A DNA stretch of 64,000 nt, taken from contig CDRNST010000165.1 of the NCBI GenBank assembly GCA_977016875.1, positions 310,001 through 374,000 on the forward strand, read 5' to 3'. Source of the DNA: Pavona decussata. Its lineage: Eukaryota. The translations under genes and the position numbers were made by a program. Shown here in pieces: positions 1-10,119 of this stretch. The first letter of the stretch is position 1, and each line of letters starts with the position of its first letter. Below the pieces are notes generated by a model. That model did not search any database and had not been told where the DNA came from. It saw only the letters and a program-made list of their open reading frames with translations.

Positions 1-1087
1 CCAGGGTATTAAAAGCTTTTCCTATTAGGCGATAAGGAATTTCTTCTCAAATGGATATATTTGAACTAGAGTCACGAAACCTCCTGGGTCTTGTAATTTC
101 CGAAACTAAGAACTACACTAAAGTGAAAATGGATTACAACTTGACAAAATTAGCTCTTCCCTTGTAGTTTTGGGTGGATCAACGATCAACCCTCAAGGTG
201 ACGTCATAGCCATGAATAGGTTGGTAGAGCCACAATAGTGACGTCATTTTAGGAAACAATAGATCTGGAAGGCTGGCCTAAACTTGTCTAGAATGGTATG
301 GTACATGCGCACCCATATAATCACCCGTTGTTTACTTCAGATATAGGCACTAATATAATTGACCTGATTTTCTCGCAGTTGGTAAAAATATAGGTTGAAA
401 GCGTTCGCCGATGTTTTAGGAACCACTCAAGCCAATCATACCGTAAATTGGGATGTGTTTCTGGCTTTCAAATCAGACACTAAAGCTTTTGCGTAATCTC
501 TTTTTTTTTACGGTCCGTTACTCCACTAATTATGCAGCATGCAGTGATCCGAATCCAAAACCTAAATTTGCATACAAACTCTACTTCTTAACAAAAGACA
601 ATTGACAGCTTAAGTTTACAGAAATAATCAATTAAAACATCAATTAAAACAGTCGAATGATAAATACTTGCTATTAAACAAGACACATTTTTTGAGAAGC
701 CTTAAAAATTATTTTATTGCCTTTTTTTAGAGAATACTTTCTATAAATGAACAGCAAAAGGTGTCTTTCTATTTTTGCTGACCTTGCCTCCTCCTCGTCC
801 TCATTTCTATTGTTTTCCTGTTTGAGGAGGAGGAGGAGAAGGAGGAGGAGGAGGAGCAGGGAAAACATTAAAAATGAGGAACATAGTTTTTTGTTCGAAA
901 AAAAAAACAACTTTGTTTTCAATTTCAATAGAGTTTAGACGCCCCTTTAATTCTTTTTAATCCATGTAGCACGTCATTTTAAACAAATTGAGTCATTATG
1001 TTTGTGTTTTCTTATATTTTAATACGTTTTAAACCATTTTTAAAACAGTGTAAACATTTGTTGCATTTTTATCCTCTTTATGTTTAG

Positions 1088-4000
1088 TGGTAATCGCCGA
1101 GGCACCGGCCTGGAAATTGATGTAACAGTTCAAGATCAAGCTGGCTCACAGACCAGTCACAAGGCTTCCAGTGATAGATACTTGGACTACACAAAATGGC
1201 ACGAAATCGCCGTGCGATTTCAAGACACCCAATCACTCATCAGAATTTTCGTAGATAATAAGATGGTAAAAGTCGAGTCCTTTGGCGGGTTTGATTCATT
1301 CCCTTCTGATGCAGAACTTCGCCTGGCGCAAGTTTTTGAGATTGGTCTGGAGAGTACTGCCAGCATTACCCAGAGATTCGAGGTTAGCTGTTTTTATCTG
1401 TCACGCAATCTTTTCCCATGTGTGGCTACAAAACTAAGAGAGGCTCCTTTCAATACACTCTTTTTTGTAAGAATATCGAGGCTGAAATTTGCGAAATTTT
1501 AAGAATATTTTAAGATCAATAAACCCGAGGCTGAGACTTTGAAAAGAATGTATTTTGTGTTGAAAATTTGTAAATGCAATACAATTATATGTTTTAACTA
1601 AACCGAATAACATTCTTCCTTTCTCTAAATGGTAAAACTAGCCAATAAAACGATAAAAACCTGCACTGGCCAATTGTTCGATGCTAATGACAGCTCGATA
1701 CAGATCTGGATACCAAACACTTATAATTGATACCCCAATACATTCCAAAACAGAAATGTCATACACTATAACCTAAGAATATTCAAAAGAATATCTTCAG
1801 CCTAACATCGGTAGAAAAATAAGAATATTCAGCGTGGTTAGGGTTAGAAAAAAAGAGTGTATACCTTATACGGCATTTTTATCCATTCGAAGACAGTCCT
1901 ACCAACCTGTACCAAACGAGAACGCTGTTCTTCTTCTGTTGCTTCTCCTGTTGTCCTCTACTGTTCAGATGAACTGAATGGTTCGTTTCTGTGGAATTTC
2001 TGTTTGGAACGACATTAGCCGCCTATAAAAAAGAAAATTGAATTAAAAAATTCAATTGCATTACTGAGTGTAACTATTGATAAGGATTTAAGCTTTAATA
2101 GTCACATCTCACAGATATGTGACAAGGTTAACAAACAATTCAGTGTTATTAAGAGACTTAAAAAACATTACCAGTAACGTTATGCTACGTCTATACAAGG
2201 CTTTTATCCTACCCCACCTTCAATATTGCTCTCTTATTTGGCATTTTTCTTGCACCAGAAATTGTGATAAACTGGTGTCTTTGAACAAGCGTATTTTACG
2301 ATTCTTTTTTAAAGATTCATTGTCTAGTTACGATGAACTGCTAAAGAAAGCAAAGACAGTATCATACAATGGAAGACCTTACAAAATTGTTATGGTAGTT
2401 TTCAAGAGCTTATTTGTTTTTACGTATCCTGGATATCTAAAAGAACTATTTGTTTTCCGTAACTCCAGTTATTCATTAGGACGAAAGAATATCTTGACCT
2501 CACCTGATCTCACCTATACCAAGAAAAACAAATTGTGGACTTGAATGCATCTGATATTAAGTTGCAAAAATTTGGAACTCGCTCTCGGACAGTATGAGAA
2601 CAATAACATCATTTAAGGATTTTAAGATAGCCATAAAGGAAATGAACTTCTAGTATTTGTTTTAATTATTATATTTGTCGTATTTTTAATCTTTGTATTC
2701 TAATAACTTAATTGATTTATGTATTTCCTTCTCGAAGATATTAGCTCAATAGAGCTACTCTGATAATTCGAGTTTAAATAAATTCCTCTTAAATTTTAAC
2801 AAAAACTAGCGTTTTCTTTAACTCGTCTCAAACTTTTGCAACGCTGAAAAATGATCCCTTTTGTTTTGGTTTTTGTTTTTTTGGTTTTTGCTTTTTGTTT
2901 TTGCTAGCTAGCAGTTTTGGAAAGTTAAAAGTAGCTCGTAAATTTGGGTAGTAAGATTCAGTCCCCTTAAATGTTCGGTAATTTAAATTTTCAGCACAGA
3001 TCAAAGTGTGTTAGCTTCCACACATTTGCCTTTTAAAAGGCCATGAACTGATCTGGGAATACAGGAACAACATTTAAACATTTCCTTCAATGTTCTCGTT
3101 GGGTGGTAGTGACTACGTGGAATTATCTGCCTCTAGTCATGGAAAAAAACAACAGCACTTTAATATACAATTGTAAACTCTTATCGAACAACGTTTTATG
3201 TTCTAAGAAAACTGAACAAGTTGTGGTGTTGTAAAGAGATAGTCACTATTGGCGATTTTTGTAAATCACGGCTTATAATTCCTTTCACGCATATCGTTTT
3301 CACCGACAGAGTTGTAGAGCAAATATGAATGTTATATTTTCTTATTTTCAGGGAGCTCTTCAAGACGTCAAGTTTCGTTTGGGAACATCTCTAGATAATT
3401 GTTCTCCCCTCCAAACAGTAAGTGGTCACAAACAAATTAAAGAATGTACTATTGCTGTTACTTTTGAGCACGCGGATGGAATCTTAAAATGCAACTATCC
3501 ACTCAAGTGAACGCTGTTGCGCAGCGCTGTAGATAAATGTTGTTTTGTTTTGTATTTTACCGTTTTATTTGTCGGAGCGAGCTTTTGCAGTGGTGATTTT
3601 CCGTTCTTAAAAGAACTGAAACACTCTGCGTCATGTAAATAAGTGAAATACTATACGTCAAGTTTGCACCAATTCACAAAAGCCGGCTTTTGTGAACAAG
3701 TCTGGGCTGAAAGCGGCCGCTTAAGCTGTGACATGCTAAAGATTTTGATTTACATAGTCTGTAAATCTTTTCTCTTACAGTGTAAATGTGGAGATGTTGT
3801 TGGACAAAAGCAATGTGTGATGGAAGGGCTCAGATATGAAGATGGGAGCCGCTGGAATAAGGACAAGTGTACAATTTGTGACTGCAAGGTAGGAATGCGA
3901 ACTTAATGACACTGTGCGGCTTTTTTGGCTCAGAGAGAAAAGAAAACTCTAAGGACTCTCTAAGCAATAACCGACATGGCCGTTAAATTACAGAAAATTT

Positions 4001-6653
4001 CTGTGGCTTTGATTTAAAGTTTTGTTCGTCGTTGCGATTGATTTTTGAAACGTTTAAACAGCTAAAAAGCCAACTAAGCATTGAAACAGTACGTGAAACT
4101 TGTTAAATTTATACCTTTTCTCGGCGAAGGTATTGATAGCTGGCGAAAAAATAGCGTTCAATGTAGGGTAATGCTTACGTGTTTACCAACAATCTTTCTT
4201 TCATGTTCATTGGCTTGCAGGGGTTGTTTCAGCTGTCTCTTCTAATTGGTTCATAAGATTCACAATTTATTACCATCAGCTACATGTAATGGATTTACTT
4301 GGCTTGGTTTTACCGCAATTACTTAAATATCTCTTTTCATTTTACTGTTTTATTTATTCAGTGGGGACAAGTTATCTGCACTCACACATGCGCAGTGTGT
4401 AAAGATGATGGCAAGACATATATTCACGGAGACACTTGGAAATCATCCAATGACAGCTGCCTGACATGTCGTTGTGAGGTGTGTAAAAGTAACATGTTAG
4501 AACCTGTTTCCTCGGCAGCTCCGTCTCAGTCAGATTCTCTGGCAGATTTCTTTCGTGTGTGAAAACGATTTGGATGTTTCTGGGTGCAGACTTTGAATTT
4601 ATCAAACTTGATTATCATTCACCAGCTGTGATTCTTTGTGATTAAATAAAAATGAAAACTGCTCGTTGCACGAATGCAGTTATTCAATTTGTACGCGATA
4701 ATGCATGCAGCTTCCATATAAAAAATCCTCAGTGTTCGGAAAAAATTCCCTTGATTTAAGAAGCGCCAACACTTGACAATGTTCACTCCAGTTAAGCCGG
4801 CGGCTTTCTATTTTGCTGTTCTAATTTTTGGTTGCTTCTTCCTTTGTTGTTTTAGGAAGGCAAATCGATTTGTTCTCCACCTTTTTGCCCAACACCTGAT
4901 TGTTCCGGAAAATCCGGTGTTCAAGTCATCCCTGAGGGACAATGCTGCAAAGTTTGCAAAGGTTTGTATTTTCAACGGGAAGTTTTCAGTTTAAACTAAA
5001 AGTGAAGTGGTTGCGATCTAACGCAGCTGAGTTTCTCTACCACCAGAAATTTCAAACTGAACGAAACAAGTTAATATTTAGTTTTTATTTCAATGACGAG
5101 TAAAACAAACTAGTAATAGTCAAGCTATGGCGCACACGTTTCAGTGGTATGTTTACTTTGAAAAAGCGGTTTTTAATTGAGTGTCGGCGAAACGAAAACC
5201 AAAGTAATTACTCTGCGGTGCTGTGTTGGTGGGAAGTTAAAACGAATAGTTGGTTTATCAACAGAGTTCATAACTAAAGCCGGGTATATTGGCCACCGTA
5301 AAGCGCTCGAACTTCGAACTGTTACAACACGGGACATGCAATTACGTAAACCAAAATGTAAAAAAGAAGTGGCGAGGAGACATCAAAGAAACTGTAAATT
5401 GGAGATTTAATATTGTTCATAGTTATTGCCGATTTCAGTCTACATCGTCAAGCGAATTGTGTTTATTAGGGTCCTTGGATAAAGACACAAAATTCCTTAA
5501 TTTTTGTTCGACAGTAGTTAAAGCCTTTATTTCATGAAATTAGTTGAGTAATCAGCAAGGCACCCTATATTACGCATACTTACAATCTTGGAAAGAACAA
5601 AACTGGAAATTAACTGGCCCCTCCCCCCAAAATCAGTGATGAATTCGTGCGCAAAGCAAAACACGCCGTTTTTCCATCATTGAAATGGGGGGCAGGGGTG
5701 GTGTTAATTTTTCATTTCATTTGTCCAACATTGTAGCTGTATCATTTTTATTGACACTATTTGCATTCCTCATAATTACTTAAATTCCTGATTGTTTACT
5801 TTTGCAGAGGACCAATGTCTGGGGACAGGAAAAGTTTACAAAGCATGCGGTTGCAATACGACGTGTGACAACTATATTAGCTTCTTGCAGCAGGGAAAGA
5901 CGTGCCAGTCATGTACCGAGGGATGTTTCTGCGCAGATGGGCAAGTGTTGAACGAACAAGGACAATGTGGGTCGACTGTCGGCTGCCCCTGTATGTACCA
6001 AGGAACGAGATATGAGGTACGTAAGGTAGAGTTCTCCGATAACAATCTCCTTTACGAAAAATTATCCCGAAGAGAAAACGTTTCCTCGAACTGAAAAATA
6101 TTCTCCAAGGAAAAAATTCCCTCAGCACGGTAAATAAAATCGTCCTCGCGAAAAAGAGCTTCGGTAAAAGAATCCTTCGGCCAAAATCTTCTTTGGAAAA
6201 ACCTCCTTTGAAAAAATTCCCGTCGGGTCACTGGTATATGTATGCAGTAGCCTTTGTGGTTGAGTTTAAGGCTAATTTAGGTTCAACCGTATGAGCCAAT
6301 TTACATGTTATAATTTATTGACCGATTTCTTTTTCTGTTGGTACAGTGCAAAGGCGAGAGCGGTTGGAAAGAAAATAATGTTAATGGGATAAAAATATAA
6401 ATCTTTGCTGTATGTGATGAGAAAAGCTACAAATCAAATCCTTTCAGATTGCTTCAGGATACTCAGAAAGTCTCCAAATCCCTACACTCAAATGAATTCC
6501 AATCCAACAGCTTGTTCTTTTGTCCTCGGTTTGCACTGATAAAAATTCTGCTTTCTTTATTTCTAACAGCCTTTGGAAAAAAAGATAACATCCTGCGAGT
6601 GGTGCATCTGTGTTGGTGGTGAAATGAAATGTAAGAATTTCTGCAAAAAATGA
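1088..6653 (+). CDS. 3' part of a secreted cysteine-rich protein (LamG/TSPN-like domain, VWC repeats, TIL domain, terminal VWC/TILa-like module); kielin/chordin- or NELL-like architecture; 5' exons not found in the window
   Basis: Phase-consistent GT-AG exons 1088-1382, 3352-3417, 3781-3888, 4362-4478, 4856-4961, 5808-6016, 6570-6653 (TGA 6651-6653). Translation includes KWHEIAVRF..IRIFVD..LRLAQ..RFEGALQDVKF (LamG/TSPN), CVMEGLRYEDGSRWNKDKCTICDCK, CKDDGKTYIHGDTWKSSNDSCLTCRCEEGKSICSPPFC..PEGQCCKVC (VWC), CLGTGKVYKACGCNTTC..CTEGCFCADGQVL..C (TIL) and CPCMYQGTRYE-PLEKKITSCEWCICVGGEMKC. Confidence 0.85.
1454..1861. mobile_element. MITE-like non-autonomous DNA element (intronic)
   Basis: Inverted ends TACACTCTTTTTT (1454) and AAAAAAGAGTGTA (1861), with subterminal AAGAATAT..GGCTGA / TCAGCC repeats. 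Confidence 0.55.
2060..2782 (+). mobile_element. 5'-truncated, frameshifted CR1/L2-type LINE fragment (C-terminal RT region plus 3' UTR)
   Basis: Reads LLSVTIDKDLSFNSHISQICDKVNKQFSVIKRL, then after a frameshift MLRLYKAFILPHLQYCSLIWHFSC..KLVSLNKRILRF (ORF 2119-2544), typical of the post-RT region of CR1/L2 ORF2. AT-rich tail with AATAAA near 2777. Confidence 0.8.
5580..5738. repeat. Short dispersed MITE-like repeat; inverted copy at about 15541-15702
   Basis: Shared core CCCCCAAAATCA(G/A)TGATGAATTC..GCAAAAC(A/G)CG.C.TTTTTCCA.CATTGAAATGGG, with TACAAT.TTG / CAA..TTGTAG-like ends in both copies. Confidence 0.6.
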
Positions 6654-7019
6654 AGCCATCCATAGCAACCATCAAGAACAACTCATTCTTCACCAATATT
6701 TAGAAACAATTTGGTAATCAACAATTTAAGCTGCATTTGTACAAAAATGAATATTAAGGCACCGTATGAGCATAAGTAACGAATGGGCAAATGTGTAGAT
6801 TTTTCAGTATAATACATTACCTTGCATCTATAAATAGACGTGTTATAAACTAATTTTATAAATCAAGATCCACACTGAGTTTTCTAAACATCGCGTGTTT
6901 TGTCACATGTATTATTACTTTTATTATTTTTTTACGAGTTAATTTTTTGACCTAACATATGACTGTACAAATCTTTGCCTCTTCGAGTCTTCTCGTTCTA
7001 AAAATTTTATCTGAATGTT

Positions 7020-7210
7020 TAAAGGATTTCATCCAGACTCAAGTTGGAATCACTTTGTATAACATAATAAAAAGCACCACAGGAAAGTACTGCTCAGTAG
7101 CTTTCATAAAGGTCACACTTTAGGATTTCATCCAGACTCAAAAGTTAGAACCACCTTGTACAGCATAATAAACAACAACAGAGGAAATAACTGCTCAGTA
7201 GCTTTTGATT
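7020..7210 (-). repeat. About 100-bp-unit dispersed minisatellite family; other copies at 11200-11465 and 25230-25400
   Basis: Unit GTGTGACCATTCAAATGAAAGCTACTGAGCAGTAC..TGTACAAGGTGGTTCTAACTTTTGAGT..GGATGAAATCC occurs 2-3 times at each of three loci. Confidence 0.75.
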
Positions 7211-8473
7211 TGGATTGCCAAAGCTTATTTTTTTTTTTATCTACAGATTTTTATGATTTTAGGCTAGTCTCCGGGAAAGTAAGAGTTTATTTACTTTATA
7301 AAAGATATAATTATAGTTTAGTAAGTAAATGTTAGCTTGCCATTATCGTATCCATCATTTGCTTTCTTATAAAAATAAACGTAAATCAAAAAATTGAAGA
7401 AAAAAGTGTTTTTGTCATCATTTAACAGGCCCAGAAGGGGTGTTTGGGGTATATGGTATCTTGAGTGTTTTTCAACAAAGTATTCGGTATTTTTTCGGAT
7501 AAATATGGGTATCTAATAATAAAAATAAGCGAGTATTTTGTAGGGTATTTCGGTATCCCTGGCGACCAACCGCTGGCCAAATATCCTGAGGACTCTGGGT
7601 ACGAGATTGTGCCAAAATATCCACCACTAAGAGCTAGCAGGCCGGGTGAAAACAAATTTTAAAACTTGGCGGTGATCCTGTTCGTAATGGCGTGATCGAT
7701 TGGGTTTATTCTGTTGTAGCATTGTAAGTCTACTCCAGTCCACAGCCAGTCGAACACCCTCAGTATGTTAACCCCAATTTAGGGTGAACAGGCGGAAAAA
7801 CGCGCGAAAGCAAGTCACGATTGGTTTGGACATCACTACTAATTTGTTGAGGAATCAGCGCGAGTTTTGATAACTATTTATAAATCATAAAAAAAGAAGA
7901 CAAAGTAAAACGAGAAATTATTTAGGACACTCAAAGGAAAACTGCTCTGTGAGTGACATTACTTTCTTCAAATTCAACCTCAGCAAAACTTGTCAAGAAA
8001 ACGTATTAAACCAGACAAGCAGGGAATGATCGTTTTCCACTTCGAAAAGTGCCCCGTTAAGGCGTAAAGCACCCGAAAATGATTTTCGGTGTTCCTCAAT
8101 TTTGGACATCAAAAAAGTCGCGTAATTTTCCCCGATAAATTTCGGGGCCTCGAAAGCTCCGGAAAGGCGTTTTAGGGAACTTTTTTCTTTTCCAGTTGAG
8201 TTGGAGCAAGGCTGCCGGGGCACTATTAAGGTATCTAACACGAGAATTTGAATTAGTTGATAGATATCAGGCTAAATTCGAGTTAAAACTTAACAGAAAT
8301 CGCTGAAAGTGGCACATTTACATCCGTTAATAGGCGCAAGAAATTCGTGTTCATTTGAGCTTAGACTTTCTGTCACTCCGATAGCTGGTGCAAAACGCGG
8401 AAAACATAAAACCGGAGTCAAGCGCAGAAAAACAAGGAATCTTAAGTCAGGAAAACGTTCCAACACTACCAGG

Positions 8474-9451
8474 CTCGGGAAAACATAAAACCGCGGACCT
8501 GTGCCAAGCGCGGGAAAACATAAAACCGCCGAAGCGCGGGAAAACAGAAAACCGCCGGCCTGTGCCAAGCGCGGGAAAACATAAAACCGCCGACCTGTTC
8601 CAAGCGCGGGAAAACTTAAAACCGCCGGCCTGTGCCAAGCGCGGGAAAACATAAGACCGCCGGCCTATGCCAAGCGCGGGAAAACATAAAACCACGGCCC
8701 TGTGCCAAGCGCGGGAAAACATAAAACCGCGGACCTGTGCCAAGCGCAGGAAAACATAAAACCACGGCCCTGTGCCAAGCGCGGGAAAACATAAAACCAC
8801 GGCCCTGTGCCAAGCGCGGGAAAACATAAAACCGCCGGCCTATGCCAAGCGCAGGAAAACATAAAACATCCGCCCTGTGCCAAGCGCGGGAAAACATAAA
8901 ACCACCGCCCTGTGCCAAGCGCGGGGAAACATAAAACCGCGGACCTGTGCCAAGCGCGGGAAAACATAAAACCGCAGACCTGTGCCAAGCGCGGGAAAAC
9001 AAAACCGCCGGCCAGTGCCAAGCACGGGAAAACATAAAACCGCCGACCTGTGCCAAGCGCGGGAAAACATAAAACCGGCGGCCTATGCCAAGCGCGGGAA
9101 AACATAAAACCACCGCCCTGTGCCAAGCGCGGGAAAACATAAAACCGCGGACCTGTGCCAAGCGCGGGAAGACATAAAACCGCCGACCTGTGCCAGGCGC
9201 GGGAAAACATAAAACCGCGGACCTGTGCCAAGCGCGGGAAAACGTAAAACCGCCGACCTGTGCCAAGCGCGGGAAAACATAAAACCGCCGACCTGTGCCA
9301 GGCGCGGGAAAACATAAAACCGCCGGCCTATGCCAAGCGCGGGAAAACATAAAACCACCGACCTGTGCCAAGCGCGGGAAAACATACACTCGTCGACCCG
9401 TGCCAAGCACGGGAAAACATACACTCGTCGTCCCGTGCCAAGCGCGGGAAA
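8474..9451. repeat. 35-bp minisatellite array (about 28 units)
   Basis: Consensus TGCCAAGCGCGGGAAAACATAAAACCGCCGACCTG repeated head-to-tail. It explains the spurious repetitive ORFs at 8290-9674. Confidence 0.97.
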
Positions 9452-10119
9452 CACACGTACACCTAAGCGAGTGATGGGGCACGTGTTTCCCTCCTGACCA
9501 GTGCACTCGCTTTCCCTCCCTTTCTTGAGTAGGGCCTCGGTGGGATCTCTCTCCCTGGCACGGATGGATACCGAGCCTGTTTATTGGCAAAAAACAGCAC
9601 GTTCCCTTCATTGAATAGGACATTCTGCAATAGTTTTTTTGAAAAATTGTAAAGCCAAACCGCAAGCAAAACAAAGCAAAGGCAATGAAATACGTGTCAC
9701 CAAATAAGATACTTTACTGTACAAAGTAAATTTTATTCCATTCGTTTTGTTTAGCGGCACAAGTCTTTATCAAAATATTATATCGCTACCTTGCGTGTGT
9801 TTTTTTTCTCTTTTCAAAATTATGACATGACTATTGCACGCGATGAAATTCTACGGACAACTCAAGGAAATTAAAAACACAAAACAATAAATAAAAAAAA
9901 AGCGTAAGGGACGTACTTCGCACCACTTGTTAAAGACCAATAATTGCCTTGTTTTTTTCTTTTCCTACGACAAAGTATCACCGCCGGTAGAAGAATTAAA
10001 ACTCAACATTATACGTTCTCGTTTTTGAACACCACTAACGTATGACAACGTTATGTTTGGAGCGAGGGTGTGACAGGTTTGCGTGACAGTACTGCGTGAC
10101 GAGGTGGAGACTTCGACGG

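Noticed and set aside
674-938. Poly-Leu / poly-Arg ORFs
   Set aside because: They arise from an (AGG)n microsatellite at about 825-856 and have no supporting splice or domain evidence.
6347-6400. Alternative last exon of the VWC/TIL gene (CKGESGW..*)
   Set aside because: Phase-compatible, but it lacks the Cys pattern. The exon at 6570-6653 completes the domain properly.
8474-9451. CRISPR-like array or repetitive protein ORFs (8290-9674)
   Set aside because: Units are contiguous 35-mers with no unique spacers and no cas genes, in a eukaryotic context. The ORFs in several frames are a by-product of a stop-poor repeat.
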